NCBI GenBank assembly: GCA_964530925.1
Contig: CAZHBZ010000003.1
Span: 33 to 64,032, forward strand
Direction: 5' to 3'
DNA: 64,000 nt
From: an uncultured Candidatus Saccharibacteria bacterium
GTDB lineage: Bacteria; Patescibacteriota; Minisyncoccia; UBA6257; 2-01-FULL-56-20
Shown: piece after piece, positions 55,600 to 64,000 of the stretch
Layout of the letters: every line of letters starts with the position of its first letter
Position numbering within the stretch: the stretch's first letter is position 1
Position numbers and translations under genes: made by a program
The notes under the pieces: model-generated
The model's input: only the letters and a program-made list of their open reading frames with translations
Told to the model about the DNA's origin: nothing
Database searches by the model: none

Positions 55600-56319
55600 T
55601 TATCGAAGCGGCTCCACTTTGAAAACCACTTTATAAGAGTCAGGGGTCGGCATTAATGTCGAAATTCTTACCGGCCTTACTTCAGTTATGGAAACCTCGA
55701 AAGAGTCGAATGCCTTTGGGGATTGGTTAGAAGACATATCCAAAGTTTCTTTATCGGTGTCGCTTAGAAGCGTCACATTGGCGGTCACCCATCCGGCTTG
55801 AATACATTGAACATCCAGCGGACAACGGCTGTCGGAAACAATTTTATTCAAAGTAATTTTTATACCGCCGACATATTTTGTCTCGCCGACTCCGATAATA
55901 TTGTCCGGAGCCGCTTCTTTCAATGATTCAACTTCAAGGCGATTTCCTTCCGTGAATGTTCCCCGAACTTCAACATTTTTATCTATAAACTCCTGGAGAA
56001 CATCGCTAACTTTGATATTTAAGGGCATCGCATAGGTCGCGGAATTAATCGCTTCCTTTGGCGCCGCGGTTATGAGCCGGAAGCCATCGCTATCCTGTTT
56101 TAAAATACCGGTAAAGGCGCGTTGGTTCGAACAGGCGGTAAAAGCGCATTTCGGACCGGTCCTCCCGACATATGAACCATCCGGGCAGATTAGGGCTTCC
56201 ATGGTGCAGAAAACTTGGTTTTCCTCCGGCTCGGAAACTTTTCCTCTTATGAAAAATGTCATGCCAAGAGCGACTAAGAGAAGGACCGCGAGCAGAGCCA
56301 CCTTTTTTATTATTTGCAT
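55600..56319 (-). CDS. hypothetical secreted protein
   Basis: signal anchor, several Cys. Confidence 0.4.
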   Translation of the reverse strand: MQIIKKVALLAVLLLVALGMTFFIRGKVSEPEENQVFCTMEALICPDGSYVGRTGPKCAFTACSNQRAFTGILKQDSDGFRLITAAPKEAINSATYAMPLNIKVSDVLQEFIDKNVEVRGTFTEGNRLEVESLKEAAPDNIIGVGETKYVGGIKITLNKIVSDSRCPLDVQCIQAGWVTANVTLLSDTDKETLDMSSNQSPKAFDSFEVSITEVRPVRISTLMPTPDSYKVVFKVEPLR

Positions 56320-56336
56320 AGCCTAATTATACAAAA

Positions 56337-56831
56337 TCAACCGATCTTTATTATTTTGTATTTCTTTTCTCCGCCCGGGGTTTTTATGCCAACAATGTCG
56401 CCCATCTTTTTTCCGAGAAGCGCTTCACCCAAAGGGGATTTGTTGGAGATTCTTCCGGAGCCGGGATTGGTTTCAATAGAACCGACTATCTCGAAGATTT
56501 TTTCATCGCCGTTCAGATCCAGGGTGACCCTGGAACCGATCTGAACGATTCCAAGATTTTTGACCGGACTTATCAAAGCCGCGCGTCTTAATCTGTCTTC
56601 CGTTCCGATTATCTGCGAATTGGCCCTCCGGAGAGCCGACTTCGCTTCTCGATATTCCGCGCTATCGGAACGATCGCCGTAGGCCGCGGTGCGCTTAGTC
56701 TCTTCGATAAGCCGCGGCAAGGATTCCTTAAGCCTCGCAAGCCGTTTTTTAAGATTCTCGATACCCTCTGCGGTAAGGTAAACCGGCCCGGTATCTGGGA
56801 CTCTATTATCTTGCCTTCGCGTGAATATCAT
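56337..56831 (-). CDS. greA: transcription elongation factor GreA
   Basis: N-terminal coiled coil and C-terminal FKBP-like domain (GSRVTL...GEALLGKKMGD). Confidence 0.9.
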   Translation of the reverse strand: MIFTRRQDNRVPDTGPVYLTAEGIENLKKRLARLKESLPRLIEETKRTAAYGDRSDSAEYREAKSALRRANSQIIGTEDRLRRAALISPVKNLGIVQIGSRVTLDLNGDEKIFEIVGSIETNPGSGRISNKSPLGEALLGKKMGDIVGIKTPGGEKKYKIIKIG

Positions 56832-56835
56832 ACTT

Positions 56836-58293
56836 CTATTTTAACGCATCCAGATCCAAAATCTGATCTATCTTTATCTTCGCAACAAAGTCGGGAACGT
56901 GGCTCACTAGTATCATTGCTCCCTCAAAGCGATTTAAAGCGTTCGCGATTATAGGAATATGGCGGAAGTTTATATGATTTGTCGGCTCGTCGAGTATCAA
57001 GAGCCCCGGGCGTTCCAAGACCAGTCGCGCGAAAGCAACCAATCCTTTCTGGCCCTCGGAGAGGGAACCTATTTTTGTTTTTAATATTTCCGATGTCAAA
57101 AGAAAGCCGGCGGCGTGGGAGCGCAGATCTTCTTCGGTCATTTTGCCAGCCGCGTCCTTCAAGGTGTTGTAAACGGTTTCCTCGAAATTAAGTGTGGAAA
57201 AATCCTGACGATAATAGCCGATCCGCGCGTCCTTTGAGACATGTTCGCCTTTGGCGTGGCCGGAAGCGAGAGCTTCGAGAAGCGTGGTCTTGCCGATGCC
57301 ATTCGGACCGGTCAAAAGCAAATGCTCTTTTTTCTTTAAGACGATATCTACTTTTTTTGCCGTCGCCTTATGATTTTTAATGACGGAAACGGATTTCAAA
57401 GTAAGAATCGGATTTTCCAGGTCCTCCTGGCAGGGGATAACGAAGTTCCTTATAGTCTTGTCTTCCTGCCGGGTTTCCACGATCTCGCCCTCAAGCTTCT
57501 CGATGTTCTCTTTCATTTTTCGTGCCACATCGCGCATGTGGCCTCCTTTTTGGGCGAAAAAATTAGCCTGTTCCTTGCGATGGGCGATTTCTTTCTCGAG
57601 CCGCACGTTTTTCATTCTTTCCCTTTCCAGGCGATTCTTGATCTCTTCCACCAAGAAAAGATAGTTGCCGGCATATTGCTCGGTCTTTTTGGTGAAGATA
57701 TCCAGGTAAATTACACCCTCCGTAAACGAATTCAAAAACTCCGCGTCGTGAGAGATGACGATAACCGTTTTTTTATATTCCTTAAGGAACTTGGTGAGAT
57801 GGGCGATTCCTTCTTTATCCAAATTATTGGTTGGCTCATCAAGAAGTAAAATATCCGAGTCCTGGATGAGCGCCTGGGCCAAGAGAAGTCTGGCCTGTTG
57901 GCCGCCCGAGAAAGTCTTGAGCTGTCTGTCGAGCGGAGCGTCCAAATTTACGACTTCTAAAATTTTCGCGATACGCGGTTCAATATCGTATATTTTTTTT
58001 GAAAAAGCGGACTCAAAAAATTCTTTGACGGTCGAATCCATTTGGGAACGGGGGATTACCTGCTTGGAAAGCGCGATAGTGAGACCGTTGCCGATATTGA
58101 TGGCGCCGGATTCCGGTTCTATCTCTCCGGTTATAAGTTTAAATATGGTGCTTTTCCCCGAGCCGTTCTGGCCCATCAGGGTTATTTTAGAGCCTCGGCG
58201 CACCGAAAACTCCGCTTCTTCTAGAATCGGTTTCTGCGGTCCGTATTCGAAAGATACGCCGTTAAATCTAAGGATTACCTCGTTTGTTGCCAT
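56836..58293 (-). CDS. ABC-F family ATPase (two tandem ABC domains, no TM)
   Basis: two Walker A (GQNGSGKST, GPNGIGKTT), two signatures (FSGGQQARLLLA, LSEGQKGLVAFA), inter-domain linker. Confidence 0.85.
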   Translation of the reverse strand: MATNEVILRFNGVSFEYGPQKPILEEAEFSVRRGSKITLMGQNGSGKSTIFKLITGEIEPESGAINIGNGLTIALSKQVIPRSQMDSTVKEFFESAFSKKIYDIEPRIAKILEVVNLDAPLDRQLKTFSGGQQARLLLAQALIQDSDILLLDEPTNNLDKEGIAHLTKFLKEYKKTVIVISHDAEFLNSFTEGVIYLDIFTKKTEQYAGNYLFLVEEIKNRLERERMKNVRLEKEIAHRKEQANFFAQKGGHMRDVARKMKENIEKLEGEIVETRQEDKTIRNFVIPCQEDLENPILTLKSVSVIKNHKATAKKVDIVLKKKEHLLLTGPNGIGKTTLLEALASGHAKGEHVSKDARIGYYRQDFSTLNFEETVYNTLKDAAGKMTEEDLRSHAAGFLLTSEILKTKIGSLSEGQKGLVAFARLVLERPGLLILDEPTNHINFRHIPIIANALNRFEGAMILVSHVPDFVAKIKIDQILDLDALK

Positions 58294-58385
58294 GGTTTAA
58301 GAGCTGAGCAAGAGCTTTATCTTGCACTATTTTGAGGTTTTACGCAATCTTCTCTAAATTACTTGTCTAAACTATAATTTTTTGT

Positions 58386-58895
58386 ATGGAAAACCAAAAT
58401 GTCATATCTGTCGGGCAGGATGGATTTCTTGTTTGGAACGGAGAAAGATTCAAGTGCGCTATCGGAAAGTCCGGTATGTTTGAGGACAAAAAAGAAGGAG
58501 ATGGTGGAACTCCCGTCGGCTGTTTCGCTTTGCGAGAAGTTTTTTACAGAGCTGATAAGATCGCCAAACCAACCACCGCCCTCCCGGTTCGCGCGCTAGA
58601 GAAAAACGACGGATGGTGCGATGAGTCGACCGATCCAAATTACAACAAACGGGTTTCGTTGCCATACGCGGCGAGTCACGAAGAACTTTGGAGGGAAGAC
58701 GATCTTTACGACATTATAGTGCCTGTCGGGTACAACGATGACCCGACCGTATCGGGGAAAGGAAGTGCTATCTTTATGCACGTGGCGCGGCCAGCTTTTA
58801 CGCCAACAGCTGGATGCGTCGCCCTATCCCTTCCTGACCTTCTAAAGATATTGTCCGAAATAACAGCCGAAACAAAGATTTGTATCTCCAAATAA
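58386..58895 (+). CDS. L,D-transpeptidase (YkuD-like) catalytic domain protein
   Basis: GSAIFMH...TAGCVAL His/Cys catalytic motif. Confidence 0.55.
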   Translation: MENQNVISVGQDGFLVWNGERFKCAIGKSGMFEDKKEGDGGTPVGCFALREVFYRADKIAKPTTALPVRALEKNDGWCDESTDPNYNKRVSLPYAASHEELWREDDLYDIIVPVGYNDDPTVSGKGSAIFMHVARPAFTPTAGCVALSLPDLLKILSEITAETKICISK

Positions 58896-58930
58896 CCAAA
58901 ACCCCCGCGAGAGCGGGGGTTTTTCAATGC

Positions 58931-59422
58931 TTATTTCTTTTTCTTCGGAGCAGCTTTCTTTTCGGTCTTTTTCTTGGATTTAATATCCGATTCAATCTTT
59001 TCCAAGTTTTTGTAGAACTCCGGAGTGGCCATCGGCTTTCTGGCCTTAACAGCCTCTTCTTCATCCTTATTCCTCCTCAAGCCCTCAAGAAGACCGAGAG
59101 CCTTATCCAATTTTGATTCCAAAGATTCGATTTTGCGCTTCAGTTCATCCATTTTTACGTCGCCACCCTGAAATTGCGGAGCGCGGGGAGCAAAGTCTCT
59201 CCTTTCCGGTCTCGCGCCATGGGAATCGCCACGGCTCGCGCCAAAGCAGTCATTGCAGTAAACGGGTCGCTCTCCGGTTGGCCTAAATGGCACTTCGCAG
59301 GAGTTTCCGCATTTGGCGCAGGTAGCCCGGAACATTTCTCCTCTTCCGTTCTCATGCCTTGGTCCGCCGAAATTACGACCTCCCGACCTGCCGCCGCCGC
59401 TAAATCTCTTAAAATTTCCCAT
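58931..59422 (-). CDS. zinc-ribbon protein with RGG-rich N-terminus and Lys-rich C-terminal tail (putative nucleic-acid binder)
   Basis: CAKCGNSC...YCNDC zinc ribbon; low-complexity basic termini. Confidence 0.5.
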   Translation of the reverse strand: MGNFKRFSGGGRSGGRNFGGPRHENGRGEMFRATCAKCGNSCEVPFRPTGERPVYCNDCFGASRGDSHGARPERRDFAPRAPQFQGGDVKMDELKRKIESLESKLDKALGLLEGLRRNKDEEEAVKARKPMATPEFYKNLEKIESDIKSKKKTEKKAAPKKKK

Positions 59423-59478
59423 TTGTTTATTTTGTTATTTTTGGGTTTCTTGACTAAGTAGCAAGATTATATTCTTTT

Positions 59479-59805
59479 ATGGAGAAAATAGCAATAGCTA
59501 GGGAAAGGGCCGTATCTCCGGCCTGTGCATTAGCCTGCTTGCCCCTCGGGAGGGCAGGGGAGGATAATTTATATATGACCAAACAAACGTCTCTAAGAAT
59601 AATATTTTATGTTGCTCTTTTCGGACTGATGTTTTCCGGATACCTTTCTTATCAGGAATTATTTGGCGAAGCGGTAGCAACCTGTCCGGCCATCGGTCCG
59701 GCCGATACTGTGTTCGGTTATCCAGCTTGTATCTATGGATTTTTTGTATACTTCGTAATTGCCGTTGTCGCCGGCTTGGCTGCTTGGAGGCCAGACGATA
59801 AATAG
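59479..59805 (+). CDS. hypothetical small membrane protein (true start possibly Met32)
   Basis: two TM helices; conserved Cys pair. Confidence 0.35.
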   Translation: MEKIAIARERAVSPACALACLPLGRAGEDNLYMTKQTSLRIIFYVALFGLMFSGYLSYQELFGEAVATCPAIGPADTVFGYPACIYGFFVYFVIAVVAGLAAWRPDDK

Positions 59806-59863
59806 GAAGTTAGAAAAAATTAAATGCCCCGCGGGAAATATAGGATTCCCCGGGGCATTTTGT

Positions 59864-60115
59864 TTAGACGAGAAAAACGAGAATGAGAAAGACAAGGAAT
59901 GCCACGGCAAGAGCGGCGAGGAAAGAACGAGCGACGATCTTCGGATGGCTTTTGCAGGCCTCCTTGCACGACTCACAGCTTTCGAATATGAGCTTCAGGA
60001 GCCAATGCTCCAGTCTGACTTCCTTCCTTTTCAAATAGCAGGCAAACCGCATGAATAGGTAGGCGGCGGCCCAGACCCCAAGGAACACGTAGAGTATCGC
60101 GAAGAAGAGTCCCAT
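59864..60115 (-). CDS. hypothetical small membrane protein
   Basis: two TM helices, Cys-rich loop. Confidence 0.35.
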   Translation of the reverse strand: MGLFFAILYVFLGVWAAAYLFMRFACYLKRKEVRLEHWLLKLIFESCESCKEACKSHPKIVARSFLAALAVAFLVFLILVFLV

Positions 60116-60226
60116 AACGTCTCCTTTCTGCTTAATCTTAGCATTTCCGCAGCCGTTAGTCCTAATTTTGAGTTATCAACAACATACTACCTTGCGGAAC
60201 AAGGTAGTGAGTGATATGCTGACCAT

Positions 60227-60568
60227 ATGGAAGAAAAAGAGGGTCTAAATATAGAAAACTCCCGTTCTCAAATGCGCCGCGGGCTTTTAGAGTTTTGCGC
60301 GCTTGCGGTTATTTCCAAGGAAGAAATGTACGCCTCAGACATCCTTGAAGCTCTGAAAGACGCTGATTTGATAGTCGTCGAGGGAACGCTATATCCGCTT
60401 CTTAGCCGACTTAAGGGCGAGGGGCTCCTTAAATACGTATGGGTCGAGTCGAGTTCCGGACCGCCAAGGAAATATTATTCTCTGACTCCCAGGGGTCAGG
60501 AATTCTTGGAGAAGCTCAAGGTCACATGGAAAGCTCTCAATAAATCAATAGACTCACTCGTTAAATAA
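60227..60568 (+). CDS. PadR-family transcriptional regulator
   Basis: winged helix LYPLLSRLKGEGLLKYVWVESSSGPPRKYYSLTPRG. Confidence 0.85.
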   Translation: MEEKEGLNIENSRSQMRRGLLEFCALAVISKEEMYASDILEALKDADLIVVEGTLYPLLSRLKGEGLLKYVWVESSSGPPRKYYSLTPRGQEFLEKLKVTWKALNKSIDSLVK

Positions 60569-60582
60569 AACAAAATAAACCA

Positions 60583-62283
60583 ATGAAAAAAACCATAACG
60601 ATAACAATAGGCAATACAATCTTTTATGTTGAGGAAGACGCTTTTTCAGAGCTCTCAAAATATTTGGATTCAGTAAAGTCGCATTTCGCGAACCGCCCCG
60701 ATGGCGAAGAAATAATCGCCGATATCGAAAGCCGCATCGCGGAGCATTTTTTGAAAGGAAGGGGACACAAGGAGCGAACTGTGACCATTAATGATGTGGA
60801 AACCCTTATCACTTCTATGGGCAAGCCCGAAGAGTTCGCGGATGGGGAAGGTTCCGAATCTGCCTCGGAAGGGAAGCAAAGCGGCGCGCCCCACAAAAAA
60901 CTTTATCGGGATACGAGCGATATGATGGCCGGAGGAGTAGCGTCCGGAATAGCGGCATATCTGGGAATTGAACCGATCATCATGAGGATTGCCTTTGTCT
61001 TGTTCACTCTATCTTGGGGATTTGGAATCGCGATTTATATTCTCCTTTGGATTCTTATGCCGGAAGCTAAAACAGCTTCGGAAAAACTCCAAATGAAGGG
61101 TGACCCCATAACGTTAAAATCTATCGACAAGGCGATGAAACAAACCGCGGAAAAGATTAAAAACGAAACTTGGTGGAAAAAAACGGCTCGGGCGATATCC
61201 GAGACGTTGTCCGCAACTTTCGGAGTTATCTTTAAAAAAATAATCCCGATCTTCTTTAAGGTTATCGTTATTATTATCGGCGTATCGATATTGGTTTCGG
61301 CCATATTCGCGCTCCTGGGGATTACTTTTGGTTTTGCGGTCTTGATTTTTAATCTGGACTCGACCCTTATCGACTTTCCGCTCCGGACCATCCTTTCAGG
61401 CGGCTTACTTCTTACGACCCTCATTTCCGCGTTTCTCGCTGTCGTGATTCCGGTCATTTTTATCCTTATCTCCGGCCTGTTGCTTGCGAGGATGCGAATG
61501 ATGCAAAAAGGCTGGCTGGCATTGGGTCTTTTGGGATTATGGTTTGCCTCGCTCATTGCCCTCGGGGTTTGCGCGACAAAAATAGTTCCGGCCTATCAAT
61601 ACGCCGTCGTGAATAACCCGGAATTTAAAACCGTTGCCAAAACTTATGAGGGCATTCAGGATTTTAGCCGGATAAACGCGATTGGCCATGTGACCTTAGA
61701 AATTCGGGAAGGGGAAAAGTTTTCGGTTGAGGCCACTGGAACGGAAAAAGAACTGCAATCCTTTACTCTCGAATCAAAAGATGGCGTTCTTACGATTGAT
61801 CGCGCGTTCATCGCCAAAAACGGCAAGATATGCCTTTTCTGTTTCAGTAAAAATGTTTACTTCAAAATAACCGCTCCGAAATACGATTCTATTCGGATAG
61901 ACGGCGGCGGTCGCATTGATGCCGAACTCCCGACGGCGACCACGCTTGATTTAAAGGCGGAAAGCGGCTCAAGCGCTGTGGTTCGCCTTGGAACGCTAGA
62001 AAGCCTTCTCGCTACGCTTAAGAGCGGTTCCTGGGGGAGAATAGAGGGCGCGGCGGCGCTCGCCATGTTCGACTTGGAAAGTGGTTCTACTTTGGACGCC
62101 GAGAATCTCATCGCCAAAGAGGTAAATGTTTCCGCGAAGAGCGGTTCTTCGGCAAGAGTGAGCGCGGAAACAGAGCTTCGGGCTGAAGCGAGAAGCGGTA
62201 GCTCGATTATTTACTGGGGCGAACCGGAGTTAACAATTGATGAAAGCGGAGGCTCGAACGTGAGGCAAATCAGAGAATATTAA
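60583..62283 (+). CDS. PspC-domain membrane protein with C-terminal DUF4097-like beta-helix domain
   Basis: PspC motif (DTSDMMAGGVASGIAAYLGIEPIIMRIAFVLFTL); PadR-PspC pairing is a common stress module. Confidence 0.75.
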   Translation: MKKTITITIGNTIFYVEEDAFSELSKYLDSVKSHFANRPDGEEIIADIESRIAEHFLKGRGHKERTVTINDVETLITSMGKPEEFADGEGSESASEGKQSGAPHKKLYRDTSDMMAGGVASGIAAYLGIEPIIMRIAFVLFTLSWGFGIAIYILLWILMPEAKTASEKLQMKGDPITLKSIDKAMKQTAEKIKNETWWKKTARAISETLSATFGVIFKKIIPIFFKVIVIIIGVSILVSAIFALLGITFGFAVLIFNLDSTLIDFPLRTILSGGLLLTTLISAFLAVVIPVIFILISGLLLARMRMMQKGWLALGLLGLWFASLIALGVCATKIVPAYQYAVVNNPEFKTVAKTYEGIQDFSRINAIGHVTLEIREGEKFSVEATGTEKELQSFTLESKDGVLTIDRAFIAKNGKICLFCFSKNVYFKITAPKYDSIRIDGGGRIDAELPTATTLDLKAESGSSAVVRLGTLESLLATLKSGSWGRIEGAAALAMFDLESGSTLDAENLIAKEVNVSAKSGSSARVSAETELRAEARSGSSIIYWGEPELTIDESGGSNVRQIREY

Positions 62284-62284
62284 A

Positions 62285-63370
62285 TTAGCGGAGCCCCGTA
62301 TCGCAAGAGATATTCGCTTCGGTGAAAGCGCCGGGCTTAACGATTATTTTTGGATGTTCGCAGCTTGGGATCTTAGCTTCACCCACGCCCAGAATATATT
62401 CTCCGGGAGGGAGAACTGCTTCAAATGTTCCGTCATCCTTGCTTTCGGTAAAACTAAAAGCGTGAACCGGATCATTGGCCGGGAAAATCGCTATAAGAGT
62501 TTTATATGGCTTGTCCGCGCAATTCTTTTCGGACGAGACCGGTCCGGGGCAGGTGGGTCCCATCATAACCACTCCGCGGACTCCGGAGTTATTAGGAAGA
62601 ATACTTTCGCTTTTCTCGGAAACGCACCCGGTATAAGTTTCCTTGTTATTTTCGAGAATTAGCGCCGTGTCGCCCTTACTAAAGAAAACAAAAGAGTCGT
62701 TGGTTGTCGCGTAGCGAATCCCACTTCCGGAAATTGTTTGAGGCAATTTTATCTGCCGACCATCGCTAAGCTTAAGTGAAACGCTTCCGGTCGGAGTCGG
62801 CGGTTCTCCTGGTTTTGGCATAGGCGCGACCGGGCCTTCATAGTAGCTGGCTTCGATGGTTTTGCCGGCATCACATTTATAGACCATTTCGCTTATGAGT
62901 TTATCGGTAATATTTTTTCCGGAAAAAACGGAAAGGCTTACATCGCATGGGCATTGGACCGGTTCATTTTCACCTCCACCTTTAAAGTCGGTGGAAAAGC
63001 TTACGATTATGTAGTTCCCGCTTTTCACGTAAGCGGTGATAGACGCTCCGGGGCCTCCGGCGGCAAGCGAATTGTCAATCGCCCAGCCTTCGGCGGTTAA
63101 TTTTTCCGCGTAATACTTTTCAAAAGGATAGGTGGCTTCGGCGATATTCGTCGTGTCTTTCGCCGCGATGGCGGTAATTTCATAACCAGTCAGCTTCTCG
63201 AATGTTTTAGGCTGAACCTCGCTCCAGGTTGCGCCCGAATACAGCGGATAAACGTCGGCCGGAAGGTTTCCCAGAACTGGCGCGACGGCTTTATTTTTTA
63301 GGCCCAAGAGGGTCAGCGCGACCAGAAAAACTATCACTGCCGAACCCGCGATAACCAATATCTTTTTCAT
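62285..63370 (-). CDS. secreted multi-domain protein containing an MliC-like (lysozyme inhibitor) domain
   Basis: signal peptide; central ...YKCDAG...SGSGIRYATTNDSFVFFSKGDTALIL...TGC resembles the MliC fold signature. Confidence 0.45.
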   Translation of the reverse strand: MKKILVIAGSAVIVFLVALTLLGLKNKAVAPVLGNLPADVYPLYSGATWSEVQPKTFEKLTGYEITAIAAKDTTNIAEATYPFEKYYAEKLTAEGWAIDNSLAAGGPGASITAYVKSGNYIIVSFSTDFKGGGENEPVQCPCDVSLSVFSGKNITDKLISEMVYKCDAGKTIEASYYEGPVAPMPKPGEPPTPTGSVSLKLSDGRQIKLPQTISGSGIRYATTNDSFVFFSKGDTALILENNKETYTGCVSEKSESILPNNSGVRGVVMMGPTCPGPVSSEKNCADKPYKTLIAIFPANDPVHAFSFTESKDDGTFEAVLPPGEYILGVGEAKIPSCEHPKIIVKPGAFTEANISCDTGLR

Positions 63371-63421
63371 ACCTTTAGTTTAGCAGAAAAGCTTCTTGGG
63401 CGGACGTGTTAAAATTTATAT

Positions 63422-64000
63422 ATGTATGCGTACGCATATCTCGTCGGTTGCGGCATCCTGGCCATTTTTTGGACCACAATCTATCTGAAAAGGGGAGACC
63501 TGCGGAAAGAGATACTTTGGGCGAGTTTCGCGGGAATGCCTTTCGGAGTTTTGGATTATTTTTTGGTTCCGCGTTATTGGCACCCGGATTCCTTGTTCAA
63601 TCTCATAAACAGATTCGGAATGGGAATCGAGAGCTTCCTTTTCTTATTTTTCATGTCGGGGCTTTGTTCTGTTATATACGAGTTTGTTTTCAGAAAGAAA
63701 ATTGAAAAAACAAACAAACACGGAAGCCACGTTCTGGCCTTAGTTGCACCCCTCGCGGCCTTTTTTGCGTTTGCGATATTCTTTCCTGGCGAAGCTATTT
63801 ACGTTTTTATTGCCGCCGGAATTATTGGAACCTTTTTTATCGTCCTCGCGCGCCGGGATCTTTTACTCAAAGCTATTTTCTCGGGGGTGCTTTTCGCCAT
63901 CTTCTATGGCTTCGTGTTCTTTCTGGTCGTCAGGCTCTTCCCGGAATTGGTACAAAATTTTTACAATTTGGAAAATATGGCAGGAATTTTTATTGCCGGC
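63422..64000 (+). CDS. hypothetical polytopic membrane protein (3' partial, runs off the window)
   Basis: open frame from ATG 63422 to window end with no stop, highly hydrophobic; absent from ORF track because it lacks a stop. Confidence 0.4.
   Translation, partial: MYAYAYLVGCGILAIFWTTIYLKRGDLRKEILWASFAGMPFGVLDYFLVPRYWHPDSLFNLINRFGMGIESFLFLFFMSGLCSVIYEFVFRKKIEKTNKHGSHVLALVAPLAAFFAFAIFFPGEAIYVFIAAGIIGTFFIVLARRDLLLKAIFSGVLFAIFYGFVFFLVVRLFPELVQNFYNLENMAGIFIAG

Noticed and set aside
63406-63705. ORF-track call 63406..63705 (+)
   Set aside because: The alternative frame starting at ATG 63422 is open to the end of the window and encodes a strongly hydrophobic, membrane-protein-like sequence. The 99 aa frame-1 ORF is Arg-rich and is probably a shadow frame.
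1-64000. CRISPR arrays, cas genes, integrases, transposases, reverse transcriptases (DGR/retron)
   Set aside because: I scanned for regularly spaced direct repeats and for hallmark protein motifs and found none. The only repeats are irregular low-complexity or palindromic elements.

Overview
This 64 kb window is gene-dense, about 45% GC, with short intergenic spacers. It appears to come from a small-genome bacterium, most likely of the Candidate Phyla Radiation (Patescibacteria/Parcubacteria-like). That placement is an inference from gene content: a short-form EF-Ts, a type IV pilin with a C-terminal LamG lectin domain, ECF sigma factors paired with DUF5667-like anti-sigma proteins, many secreted IPT/TIG and FN3 proteins, and no visible biosynthetic operons. 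Recognisable housekeeping genes are uvrC, typA/bipA, rpsP, a KH protein, efp, mnmA, rpsB, tsf, gmk, tRNA-Tyr, a short recO, glyQS, mreB, holB, frr, rseP, pyrD, two ECF sigma factors, ppiB, a pseudouridine synthase, obg, nadK, a MacAB-like efflux set, a DEAD-box helicase, greA, an ABC-F ATPase, and a PadR/PspC pair. I found no CRISPR array, integrase, transposase or reverse transcriptase. The unusual content falls into five groups. (1) Two GC-rich, ORF-free transcripts bounded by promoters and terminators, about 535 nt and about 145 nt, that I could not assign to RNase P, tmRNA, SRP or 6S RNA. (2) A family of strand-asymmetric AGTAGGTAGT/ACTACCTACT low-complexity repeats that occur as inverted pairs in intergenic DNA, one pair bounding a 550 bp sRNA-carrying cassette, and as in-frame copies inside uvrC and mnmA. 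(3) GC-rich palindromic in-frame insertions in mnmA, rseP and a ClpB-D2-like ATPase. (4) A diverged 48 nt duplicate of the typA start codon region sitting 291 bp upstream of the real start, separated from it by a GC-rich structured insert. (5) Several GC-rich or AT-rich patches carrying unannotatable small genes. These include tandem paralogs, a Cys-rich 69 aa peptide and two genes next to tRNA-Tyr, plus redox proteins (cupredoxin, cytochrome b5, class 2 DHODH) that are unexpected in a CPR-like background. All functional calls rest on motif recognition by eye; no database search was possible.
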